Position numbers and translations under genes: made by a program
Shown here: one piece after another, positions 50,280 through 60,300 of the stretch
Position numbering within the stretch: position 1 is the first letter of the stretch
Layout: each line of letters opens with the position of its first letter
The notes under the pieces: generated by a model
Seen by the model: the letters and a program-made list of their open reading frames with translations, nothing else
Told to the model about the DNA's origin: nothing
The model's database searches: none
From: a virus
Lineage: Duplodnaviria > Caudoviricetes
Length of the DNA: 64,000 bases
Virus record (IMG/VR): IMGVR_UViG_3300017791_000355
Location: 32,001-96,000 of that record
Strand: one strand, 5' to 3'

Positions 50280-50849
50280 GAGTGTTCCTTGCTCATTGAC
50301 TCATCGGTCAAGTACTGCGTCGTGATCTCAACGCCTAGACGATGAAGATCGTAGATGTGGAAGGACCAACCGGCGAGTCGGTCCCAGTCGCTGCCGATCT
50401 CGAACTCGTGAGAGTCGCCGAAGATGTCGAGGCAGACGTCCCGATCAGTACATCGAAGCGCTAGAGCAATCGCATTCGAGTCAGACAGTCTGACGGCGCG
50501 TCGAATCGAGTGCTCACCATTGGTTGCGGTGTAGCGAACCCAACCAGGTTCGTAGGTCACGCTGCCTCCGTCGAGGGCTCGAGCGACACCTTCAAGACGA
50601 CACGCTCGGTCCACTCGTGGGTCTTCCACCTCGTGGCGTTCGCGTCGTCCAGACCCTCCTCGAGTTCGTGCTCGAACGTGATGTTGAAGGGCTCGTTCGC
50701 GACAGGGTAAGAGAGGTAGTCCGATTCCGAGTAGTCTCGCTCGTCAACGTACCCGCAGTACGGGCAGGTCGATCTGATCTTCGCTGAAAGATGGAAGCGC
50801 TTGACCTCGAGTTCGAATGCTCGGTCGAGTTGCTCGATGACAAGTTGGC

Positions 50850-51566
50850 TCACGCGGCCTCCGACGTCGACTCGACCACCGCGAGCACCGAGAGGTAGTA
50901 GCGAAGCGAGGCCAGCGACACCTCGATGTCCTTCATCCCGCGGTGCGCGTCGTTCGCGGCGCGCGGGCGCCCCTCGTACGTGGAGGGCCAGAACCGACGC
51001 GCGACCTCGTTCAAGGTGCTGACGTCGAGATTGCGGTAGTGCAACGTGTCGAGCGTCTTCGGGAAGTGCGCGGCCAGGAACCCGCGATCGAAGGAGATGC
51101 TCGAACCCGCGAGCTGGGGCTTGTCGAGGCGGGACGTGATCTTCGGAATCGGTCCGCGCGTGTCCTTGACCTCCACGTGCTGATGCGCGTGCTCCTCGAT
51201 GAAGCGCGCGAGGTCGGCGTCCACGGTCGCGAGTGCCTGGCCGCGGCGAACCTCCTGCCACAGACCGTTGTCGGTGTGCATCTTCACCACGAACGGATCG
51301 ACGTCCTGTTTTCCGGTGTCGTGGAAGCGGTAGCACTCGACGATCAGTCCGAGGTCGATGTTGTTGTAGCCCGCGGCGAGCGCCCGCAACTTCTCGTCGA
51401 ACTCGGGCACGCGGCTCAGGACTCGGTCCGCGATCGGTGAGTAGATGACGCGCTGGAAGCACGCGCGCTCGTTCAGCGCATCGTCCGTCACGATCACGGC
51501 GACCTCGAGGACGTCCTCCTCGAGTGGGTCGAGACCGGTGGTCTCCAGGTCAAGCCAGACGAGCAT
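50850..51566 (-). CDS. orn: oligoribonuclease (DEDDh)
   Basis: LVWLDLETTGLD, MHTDNGL, LAGSSISFDRGFL, HYRNLDVST, HRGMKDI. Confidence 0.9.
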   Translation of the reverse strand: MLVWLDLETTGLDPLEEDVLEVAVIVTDDALNERACFQRVIYSPIADRVLSRVPEFDEKLRALAAGYNNIDLGLIVECYRFHDTGKQDVDPFVVKMHTDNGLWQEVRRGQALATVDADLARFIEEHAHQHVEVKDTRGPIPKITSRLDKPQLAGSSISFDRGFLAAHFPKTLDTLHYRNLDVSTLNEVARRFWPSTYEGRPRAANDAHRGMKDIEVSLASLRYYLSVLAVVESTSEAA

Positions 51567-51886
51567 CAGTTCTTCTCCTCGATCGGGGCAAGGGCAGGGA
51601 CTTCCAACACCGGCGCTGTGATCGGATCCGCGGTCGGCGCCAGGCGCTCCACGAAGCACGTGCCCCACCGACGCGACGCCCCGGTCTTGAAGCACTTGAA
51701 GATGAACTCGTAGTCGGTGCCGTCCGAGCTGACATCGAGAACGCGCGTCTCGAAGTAGTGGTGCACGGTCCAACCGGGCTTGTGGATCCCTGCCGAGACC
51801 AGCCACGCACGTGTGGTGCTTGGCTTCGGTGACTTGGAGGTGGGTGTGAGTGCTGCTTGCATTATGTTCCCTGGAAAACTCCGCGA

Positions 51887-52759
51887 CTAACCGACCGCTT
51901 CCGTCCGGATCGCGATTTTCTTCGGGTCGTAGGACGTGATGACCACCTCGTCGACGGCCCCGCGCTTGCTGCCGTTGCTGTTGATCGAGCGACCGCACTT
52001 GACGTTGTCGACGTGGAAGTCCTCGTAGAGCGACCGTACGAAGGGCGTGTCGTTGTTCGACAGCATCACGCGGACTCCGCGCTTGCTCAATTCCTGAGCG
52101 TGTTCGGCGAGCTCAGTCTGCTGCTGCTTGCCGAAGGCGTCCTTGGTGTAGGACGTGAAATTGGACGTCTTCGAGACGGGGTCGTACGGCGGATCGAAGT
52201 ACACGAAGTCGCCCTCGACCGCATCTGCAGTAGTCGCGGCGTACTCGCCGGTCACCAGTCGGGCTCTTGCCAGTACCTCGGCACTGGCGCGCAGTGACGC
52301 GGGGTCGAAGATCGTGGGATTCTTGTAGTCACCCTTCGGTACATTGAATCCGCCGTCGCGGCGGACGCGCCACAAGCCGTTGAAGCACGTCTTGTTGAGG
52401 TAGAGGAAGACCGACGCTCTGTCGATGACGTCGAGTTCACGACGACGCTTGTTCCACAAGTCACGGATCTCGTAGTAGTAGTGTCCGTCGATTCCGTGTT
52501 CGATTTTGTGAATCTCGAGCCGGTCGATCACGGCCTGCACGTTCTCCGCGACCGCCTGGTATGTCTCGATGAGAGCGTCGTTCGTGTCGCCCAGCGCCGC
52601 CTTGGACGGGTTCAACGCGAAGAACAGGGCACCGCCTCCGACGAACGGCTCGTAGTACCGACCGAAGGTTCTCGGCATTCTCGACAACAGCTGACGAAGA
52701 AGCCTCGTCTTGCCTCCCGCCCACTTCACGATAGGTCCCGCGCTCGACATCCTGGACAT
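51887..52759 (-). CDS. dam: DNA adenine methyltransferase (Dam/D12 family)
   Basis: KWAGGK, EPFVGGG, FNGLWR, DPPY. Confidence 0.92.
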   Translation of the reverse strand: MSRMSSAGPIVKWAGGKTRLLRQLLSRMPRTFGRYYEPFVGGGALFFALNPSKAALGDTNDALIETYQAVAENVQAVIDRLEIHKIEHGIDGHYYYEIRDLWNKRRRELDVIDRASVFLYLNKTCFNGLWRVRRDGGFNVPKGDYKNPTIFDPASLRASAEVLARARLVTGEYAATTADAVEGDFVYFDPPYDPVSKTSNFTSYTKDAFGKQQQTELAEHAQELSKRGVRVMLSNNDTPFVRSLYEDFHVDNVKCGRSINSNGSKRGAVDEVVITSYDPKKIAIRTEAVG

Positions 52760-52786
52760 AACTCCGCTAGACGCGTGCCGCTTCCG

Positions 52787-54793
52787 TCACGCGTAGAACG
52801 ATCCGCCGCAGGCCTCGCACATCCAGAAATCCTTCCCGTCCCTCGACCACTCGTCGGGCCACTTGATGACGCGCCCGCCACCTTCGCACCCATCGAGTCG
52901 GCAGATGGGCGTCGTGCGTTCGGGTCGAACGTGCTCGGGCACGCCGTCGCTGAACTCGCAGCGGTAGTCGCACGTGACGAAATTGTTCGTGACATGGGTC
53001 CCGGGGTGACCGCAGGGCGCTGTTCCGCGCTTACCGTTTCCCCGCTGACCGGAAACCCCGTCAAAGATCCAGTTTGAGTCGATCGCGGCCTTGTCGTCAG
53101 AACTGCTCACGACATCCCACTCGAGGACGGGAAGAGCTGCATCACTCGACGAAGAGAGTGGAGGACCTCCTCGTCGGTGCTGCCAGGAAGTTGGGCTCGC
53201 ACCTCGTCCACGACTTCCCGAATCTCGGGGTCGTCGAGTCCAACGGTCATCAGCGCCACGTAGAAGCGATCGCCGCTGGGCGTACGCTCGTAGCTGTCGG
53301 TCATCGCTCGATCTCCTCGCGCACGCGCTCCCAGTAGCGGCGCAGGTTCTTCAGAACCTGGAGCTCGCGTCCGCGCCGCCCGAGGTTCGGCGGGACAGAG
53401 AAGCCGCCCTCGCAGAGAAGTCGAACCGTGACGTCTTTCTCGGCGTGGTCGACTACGGTGTTGGCACGTTCCCCGTAACCAAACCGCCTCCGCGACGCCG
53501 CGTAGGCTTCCTGCTTGGCGTTCTCTGCGGTGTCACGCGCCTCGCGAACTAGGCACTCGCCGCAGACCTGGACGTTGGTACCGAAGACGCTGTGCACGCC
53601 GGTCACCGCGTGGACCTGGCCGCACTTCGGGCACGTCGCCTCGGTGAGGAGCGCCATCAGGCCGCCTCCTTGAGTTTTTGCGCCCGGAGCCGCAGTCGAC
53701 GCTCACGGGAGCGCTCGGTCGAGGACTTACCGCCCTCGTCGGTGACGATGTAGACGGTCCGGTGTCCGGCCTTCGTCAACTGCGCGCCGAAGACTCGGAC
53801 GTGGATCAAGTCGAGGTCGCGGTCGTAGACGAACCCAAACGACCCCACGATCGCGACCAGGACGTCGCGATCGTGGGGTGCCGTGGCCGCGGCGCGGGCG
53901 CGAGCTCGAACGAGGGCGTCCTCGACCCTCACGACGACCTCTCTGGCCGCTGATCATCGACCACGAGCAGCGCGAGCGCCGTCCGCGAGAAGTCCCAGTT
54001 GATCTTGAGGGGAGACTCCCCGCGCAGACGCGCGCCGATCACGACCTCGACCTGCAGCCCGAGCATCTGGTTCACGTCGGTGACGCCGTACTCGCTCCAC
54101 AGGCCCGCGAGGACCTGGCGCAGGACGGTGTCGCGAATGATGGTCGAGGCGCGCTGTAGGTTCTGGGACGTCGCGGCCTGGCCGGAGAGATCCTCGAGCG
54201 CGATCAGCCGCGCGTGCCGGAGGAGGGCGGTGATGCCGGGGGTCGGGGTCACCACTTCACCTCGTAGGCCCAGTAGTCGCCGAACCGAGCGCCTTCGTCG
54301 TTCCAACCTTCGACGTAGTAGGACTCCACCTTGAGTCCGAGCGTCTCGCAGGCCCTGGCCCGGAATTGATCGATCCGAAGCGACCGCTCGCCGCGGGCAG
54401 TGGCCTCGCGAATGAGTTGCGGTAGCTCGACGGCAGCCCACACCTCGGCCTTCGCGTACTGGTCGTCATACAACCTGGCGAGCTCACGCGCCTGCTCGAG
54501 CGTGCGAACACGATCGGCTTCCTTCTTCGCGAGGAGTTCCTGCTCACCCTCCGCGATCGCGTCCTGGATTGCCTTGTTCACTTGTCCCCCAGCGCGGCGC
54601 GCGCGAGTCGGCGCATGTACTTCTCGCCGTCGGTAGTTGTAGTCGACGAGCTCTCGTAGTCGCGGATCTCCAGGAGCGCACACCGTTGCAGGCGCACCGC
54701 GCTCACCAGAGCTTCGAAATCCAACTTGAGTTGTTCTGGGTCGTGCCCGAGTGCCTCGGCGAGGCGACAGTACTGATCGACTGAGGCGGTCAC
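52787..54793 (-). other. run of small hypothetical genes
   Basis: Coupled short ORFs (52787-53110 through 54578-54793). Confidence 0.5.
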
Positions 54794-55563
54794 GCTGCCC
54801 CCGATCCGTGGCAGTCACACGTGCATCCACCTGGTGTACAGCCGCAGTTCTCCTGACAGCACGCGTAGCAGCGTGGTCGATTCACCGGGGCCGCGAATTG
54901 TTGATACTTCTCCTCCGCCCGCTTTGCGCGCTCCCTTTGATCGGGTGATAGAACGGCCAGATCCAGTGCTGGCGCCGCCGGCACTGCCCCTGATACGAGC
55001 CGCTCACCCCACGGGTACTCGGGCACGATCTCGGCCAGGAGGCGCCGTGCCGCGACCGCGTTCCGCGGGTCATTCCAAAAGGGATTTCGTCCCGATGGAT
55101 GAGGCAGGGACACGAACAGAAAGTCCGCGTCGTCGACCGTCGCTCGTGCGTGCGTGAACGGGGCGATCTTCCCTCTCCCGACCGACGACGAACCACCGGC
55201 CAACTCGTTCTCGAACGCCTTGTTGAAGATCTGGGTGACCTTCGACCCGAGCAGGATCACGGTCCGCCACGGCGCCGACGACACGACCAGGTTCATGGCG
55301 CGATTGCGCGCCGCCTTCCGCGACCACTTCTCCACGCAGAGGTTCGTGCGCCAGATCGCGAGGTACGTCTGCCTGGACACCGCGAGGATGCGGTCGCAGA
55401 GCCGGTTGCCCGCGCAGCCCTCGGGGAGCGGGTACAGCGCGTGCTCGGGCGCCATGCTGATTGGGTTGTCCTCACCGAGCAGAAGTAGGCGACCAGCGCT
55501 CTCGGGTACCCCGCGGAACTTCGTTCGGCACGCGCCGGCGTACTCGAGGTGCAGGTCCGTCAC
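54790..55563 (-). CDS. uracil-DNA glycosylase-like protein
   Basis: LLLLGEDNP, TNLC, VILLG, LPHPSGRN. Confidence 0.75.
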   Translation of the reverse strand: MTDLHLEYAGACRTKFRGVPESAGRLLLLGEDNPISMAPEHALYPLPEGCAGNRLCDRILAVSRQTYLAIWRTNLCVEKWSRKAARNRAMNLVVSSAPWRTVILLGSKVTQIFNKAFENELAGGSSSVGRGKIAPFTHARATVDDADFLFVSLPHPSGRNPFWNDPRNAVAARRLLAEIVPEYPWGERLVSGAVPAAPALDLAVLSPDQRERAKRAEEKYQQFAAPVNRPRCYACCQENCGCTPGGCTCDCHGSGAA

Positions 55564-56437
55564 TTGACCCCCGTCTCGAGCTCGAGCGCGGCCTTCTCGA
55601 GTTGTCTGGCGAGCTCGCGCGCGGTCCCGGCAGTGAGCGGATAGTCGTCGCTCCAGGGTCGGGTAGGGTCGTCGGCGGACAAGACGATGACGCCCTCGCG
55701 CACTTCGACTTCGAGGAGCGTGGGGATGGTCTGGAGCGACATCAGTGATCCCCTCCACCGAAGTCCCCGCCGCCGGAGTCGCTCAACCACGAGTCGCACG
55801 ACCCGTGGTCGAGCCCGGTGTGGTTGACCTCCGCGCACGCGGCGTGAGCGCCGTGGTCATGCGATCCGGTGTCGGAGTCAGCGGGCAAGATCACGTTGGA
55901 CCACACATGATCGTCCAAGAAGGGAGTCGCAGCCGTGGTCCCGGAGAACGACCAGTCGCCATGCGGACGCCGGTACTTGCGCGGTCGCCCGGACCTGCGA
56001 CGAGAGCGAATCGACAGAGCGACCGCGATCCAGACAATCGCGGCGGCGGAGGCAACGGTGATCAGGAACCAGGTGGCATCCATGTCCAGTGTAAACACCT
56101 GGACGGTCCAGCTGCTTTCACGAAAGTGGAGGGAGGTACTCGATCCAGTCGCTCTCAAGTACGCCGGACGCCCACTGGGTCCGCAGCGCGTAGTAGGCCC
56201 ACGGTTGTCCGGCGTCCCCTGGAAATACGTCCGGCTTCTTGATTCCTGGACAGTTGCAGCGCCCCAGTTTCCACGACGGCCACCCAGCTACCGCGGCCGC
56301 CGCACGCTCGGCCGAGCGCCAGACCTTCCTCGAGTCCTCGTCCAGGTCGTCCCAAGGCTTGAACTTGATCCGAGGCTCGGGACGCTCGTTGGACCGTGGG
56401 CTCCCGATCTCGATCGGGTAGTCGCAGTCGGGGCAGG

Positions 56438-56743
56438 TCACAGAGAGTCGCCGGCCAACTGCTCGCGTACCTTACCAGCCGCGATCCAAACCACGAACCT
56501 ACAGGCAGCGACCACACCGCGCTCGAACTGGCGCGGTTTGAAGGTCACGAACCCTAGTTGTTTGGCCTGCTTGATCGCGTCCTTATCGCCAGTAATCACA
56601 ATTTCGGCATCCTCCGCGACAGCCCGATCGAGCCAGGTCTCGTCTCGTTCGGGCCCTTCAGCTGCCACTACCACCTCGTGACCAGCCACGCGCAACACAT
56701 CAATACCGCGCCTGCCAACGCACACGTCGACAGCGATCTTCAC
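56438..56743 (-). CDS. PIN-domain protein (DUF5615/Mut7-C-like)
   Basis: IAVDVCV...LRVAGHEV...RDETW...VITGDKD. Confidence 0.7.
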   Translation of the reverse strand: MKIAVDVCVGRRGIDVLRVAGHEVVVAAEGPERDETWLDRAVAEDAEIVITGDKDAIKQAKQLGFVTFKPRQFERGVVAACRFVVWIAAGKVREQLAGDSL

Positions 56744-57369
56744 GCCGCACCCGGCCCGTCGTCCTCGACCGGTCCGTCGCACTCCGCGCACGCGACCTTG
56801 GGATCGTCGTTGCACGCCGAGCACAGCGGGACGAGCTGGAGGTGACCGATCTTGCGCGGGCGGACACCCTTGACCTCGGCCTGTTTCCACGTCGCTTCTG
56901 CTTCGCTCCGTACGCTGAGGACGGCAGACCACGGAAGCGTGCATTGGAAAGGTGCGCCGCTGAACGTCAGCGCTCCAGAGATGCCGCGCTCGTCGACGAC
57001 GAGGTCAAGAACAGGGGGGTGGAGATCGTAGCCGATTCGCAGGACGAGTGCCGGGTCACTCTTGTACTTCGGAGGTACCACCACGTTGTCACACGTGGCG
57101 TTGACGGCGACGAGAACCGAGCCTCGAGACAGCATGTCCTGGAGCGGTTCAACGTACAACTTCGACCACACGTCGTCGACGGTCATCGCGATGCACGATT
57201 CCTCGGTCGAGACCCTGTCCCCGACGAGAGTGTCGAGCTCCGCCTCGAGTTCCGCGAGTTGCTTCCTGGCGACGCGCGCCATCGACTCGCCGAACGTGAC
57301 GTTGTTCCTCGCGACCACGATCGCGTGGCCGACCTCGATGATGCGTTCCTTGCTCACGATAGACTCCAA
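56740..57369 (-). CDS. sspB: ClpXP adaptor SspB-like protein
   Basis: VVVP...LVLRIGY...LVVDERGISGALTFSG...LPWSAV; tail RPRKIGHLQLV. Confidence 0.75.
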   Translation of the reverse strand: MESIVSKERIIEVGHAIVVARNNVTFGESMARVARKQLAELEAELDTLVGDRVSTEESCIAMTVDDVWSKLYVEPLQDMLSRGSVLVAVNATCDNVVVPPKYKSDPALVLRIGYDLHPPVLDLVVDERGISGALTFSGAPFQCTLPWSAVLSVRSEAEATWKQAEVKGVRPRKIGHLQLVPLCSACNDDPKVACAECDGPVEDDGPGAA

Positions 57370-58271
57370 GAAATATCAAGTTGCTGTTGTGCGAGAATGC
57401 TCTCGGCCATGTTCCAGAGTTCGACCAAGCGGTGAGCGTGAGCTTGGGCCATCACCTCGAAGAAGCTGCCAGGGCGAACGTCTTCGCCGAACGTCTCGCG
57501 GAATTGCCGGACTATCTGTTTCCTGATCTGACGCGTCGTCGGTATCCGACGCTTCCACGCAATGTCCGCCGCGGTGGTCGTCGGATTGTGGAGCGCGTTT
57601 CCGCTGGCCCCGTACCGGATCGGCGGGACGTCCTCGTGTCCGGGGGCAGGTACGTCGTGCTCACCGAACATGGACCACCACGCCTGGAGCGCCTCGCGCA
57701 CGAGGTACATTACCTGTCCGGTCGGGACCAGGTCATCGAGCATCGCGTCGTGGAGCACGACGAGTGTCTCGCGGAGAGTCCGAAGTGCCGACAGCGTGGT
57801 CACTCTTCCCCTAGAAGCGTCGTGTCGGCGATAGTCGCAATCGTCGCGCGCAGACGATGGTCCACCTGCTGCCCGACGCTGCGATTGAGCGCCTCCGATC
57901 GAATCTCGCGGAGCGCCTTCCGATATCGCTCGAGTTCGTCGAGCAGGTTCACGAGAGTTAGTTTCGTGATCGGTACGCTCTGCCCGGAAGCGTCCGACCA
58001 GTTTGGTCCGTCTCCCCAACTCGCGAGCCACTCGCGAAGGGACTCGATGTGTTGATCGTCGATCATACCACACTCCTCCAATACTCAACCCACCGTTCGT
58101 TAGGTGGTTGCCACGTCGTGAATGCGGTCTCCACGTCGTACAGCGTCCAGTGCAGCTGACGCCACGCATTCAGGTACTGGCCGGAGTCGCGACACCACTC
58201 GTTGCCGAACTGCTGGGTCTGCTGAACGGCCTGGTGGAGGACGCCGGCGACGAGTTGGAAAACGAACTCGC

Positions 58272-59525
58272 TCACGCTGCGCTCCTCGCTTTCTCCGCCG
58301 CGCATTCGGAGCACTTCTTGCTGTCGTGACTTCGTGTCCACGGGACAAGGCGCCCGTCGTGGACGACCTTCTCCGCACCCTTCTGCCAACAATCCATCAG
58401 CGTCGGGTCAACCTCAACGGCGTCCGCGACGTCCGGGCACACGCGGCGGAGGCACGCCTCCATGACCTCACTGATGCGCCACGCACCGTCACTCCCCATC
58501 GAACGTGGGTGTTCGCCGATCAACTCGTCGTGCTGGAAGACCGAGATGTGCGAGTCGAAGAGCGGCGAGTCGAGGCCCGCGTACCGAGACCGCTTGCTGT
58601 TCGGGAACAACATGTCCGGGACGCGAACTGTCCGGTCCCAGCACTCTCTCGTACAGATCCGGTGGGCCATCTTGGCCGCGTCGGCGAGCAGTCCCGAGAA
58701 GAGTGTGTTCGAGATGACGCAGAACGGGGTCTCCGCGCTCGCCCCGACCTTGCGGATGCGCCCTGAGTAGAACTGCGCGATCTGCATCGGGTCGAGTTGC
58801 TGCCACGGCTCGAAGATCTCCTGCCACCACGGCCAGAGGTCGAAGAACCTCGGCTCGATGACCATGCCGTCGTCCACGCAGCCCGACGTGTACTTGAAGT
58901 ACTGCTCCTGCTCGGGCCACTGGCGCTTCCAACCGTTCTCGAACTCGACGCCGAGTTCGAGGCACGAGGCGCACATCGGCGTGATGGGACGCTCGCGACC
59001 AGGCTTGCCCCAGGTCCTTCGCTTGTTGCGACCGTCCTTGCCACCGCAGTACTCGCCGCGCATCAGGGCGCAGAAGCGGAGTCCCTTGAACCCCGGGACG
59101 AGATTGCCGTTGCCGTCGTCGACCATCGACGGTCCCTCCGGGTGCGGCGTGTCTTCTCCCTGCTTGCGAGCCTGGAACACGAGGGTCGGAACGCCGCCGC
59201 CGCCCTGCTTGCTGAAGTTCCACGGCTTCGAGCCCTGGCGACAGTTTGCGTGCATCAGGATCTTCTTGGAGAAGTCCTTCAGGTCGATGCCCAGCATCGT
59301 GCACGCGAGCGCCGCGTGAGGGTCGATCTTCGCGAGCAGCTTCTTCGCGAGCTCAGAGTGGCCGACGATCCAGAGGCAGACCTGGGCCCAGGTCACCATC
59401 TCACCGGCCTTGTAGTCTTCCGAACTGAGGACGCAACCGTCGTCTAGCGGACGCGCGATGGTCATCATGCGCGCGGCGTTGGTTGCCGAGTCGGTGACGT
59501 CAAAGTTGGGGATGTCCTGGATCAC
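58272..59525 (-). CDS. family A DNA polymerase, C-terminal (palm/fingers) part
   Basis: Motif A SEDYKAGE, motif B RQGSKPWNF, motif C QHDEL. Confidence 0.85.
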   Translation of the reverse strand: MIQDIPNFDVTDSATNAARMMTIARPLDDGCVLSSEDYKAGEMVTWAQVCLWIVGHSELAKKLLAKIDPHAALACTMLGIDLKDFSKKILMHANCRQGSKPWNFSKQGGGGVPTLVFQARKQGEDTPHPEGPSMVDDGNGNLVPGFKGLRFCALMRGEYCGGKDGRNKRRTWGKPGRERPITPMCASCLELGVEFENGWKRQWPEQEQYFKYTSGCVDDGMVIEPRFFDLWPWWQEIFEPWQQLDPMQIAQFYSGRIRKVGASAETPFCVISNTLFSGLLADAAKMAHRICTRECWDRTVRVPDMLFPNSKRSRYAGLDSPLFDSHISVFQHDELIGEHPRSMGSDGAWRISEVMEACLRRVCPDVADAVEVDPTLMDCWQKGAEKVVHDGRLVPWTRSHDSKKCSECAAEKARSAA

Positions 59526-59812
59526 CGGAACCCTCCGTCGCTTCGCTCGGTGCGACGGTCCTCGTCACCGGGGTCATGGAGCGTGCGCTGCGCGTTGCAG
59601 CGACAGCCTCCCATCCACCGAGCGCCGCCGAAAACGCGCTCGTCCGGCTCCCAATGTCCGTCCCAGCACTTGTATCTGCCCATTGCGTAGGGGCACGCGA
59701 CGTGCTGGTCCCTGGGTTTCACGACGAACGTGGGGACCTCGTCGCAGACCGAGCAGGGCACGTCGATGCCCGCACGACCCAGTTCCACGCAGACCTGACA
59801 GGGCTCCATCAC
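59522..59812 (-). CDS. small Cys-rich hypothetical protein
   Basis: Coupled ORF; CxxC motifs. Confidence 0.5.
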   Translation of the reverse strand: MMEPCQVCVELGRAGIDVPCSVCDEVPTFVVKPRDQHVACPYAMGRYKCWDGHWEPDERVFGGARWMGGCRCNAQRTLHDPGDEDRRTERSDGGFR

Positions 59813-60300
59813 CTCAACTCCTCGTCAACCTCAATGCCGATGTGCTCGCGCACGACTCGCGCCACGCGTCGCGCGAGGCGCTCGATCTCTCTTCGGGACT
59901 TGCCGTCGTCCGCGTACTCGCGAACGAGCCTCTGTCCTAGCCCCGAGCCCCTCGACATCCCCGCCGCCGCGTATCTAATCAGGTCGTTTCGCTGCTTGTC
60001 GGACAGGTCTACCCCGAGCAGTTCAAGAGCCCGCAGTTCGATTGCCATCGCGCGGGCCTCCTCGACGTCCCTCCACGCGACTGCCATGCGGTCGAGGGAG
60101 CTCGCGATCGACGTGTACATCACGCTTCGCGGCCGTGCGCGGTGCCCGAGCGAGTACCAGTGCGCGAGTTCGTGCACCGTCGACTCGACAGTGTCGAGCG
60201 CGCCGTCGAACGCGTTCCCGAACGCGGTACCCATGTCCCACAGCGCGAACAGCGCCGTGCACGCGCCCTCGAGCTCGGTGAGTCGGACCTGGTCGATCAC
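59809..60300 (-). CDS. hypothetical protein with HExxH motif
   Basis: VHELAH; GTGA overlap with the polymerase N-part. Confidence 0.55.
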   Translation of the reverse strand: MIDQVRLTELEGACTALFALWDMGTAFGNAFDGALDTVESTVHELAHWYSLGHRARPRSVMYTSIASSLDRMAVAWRDVEEARAMAIELRALELLGVDLSDKQRNDLIRYAAAGMSRGSGLGQRLVREYADDGKSRREIERLARRVARVVREHIGIEVDEELR

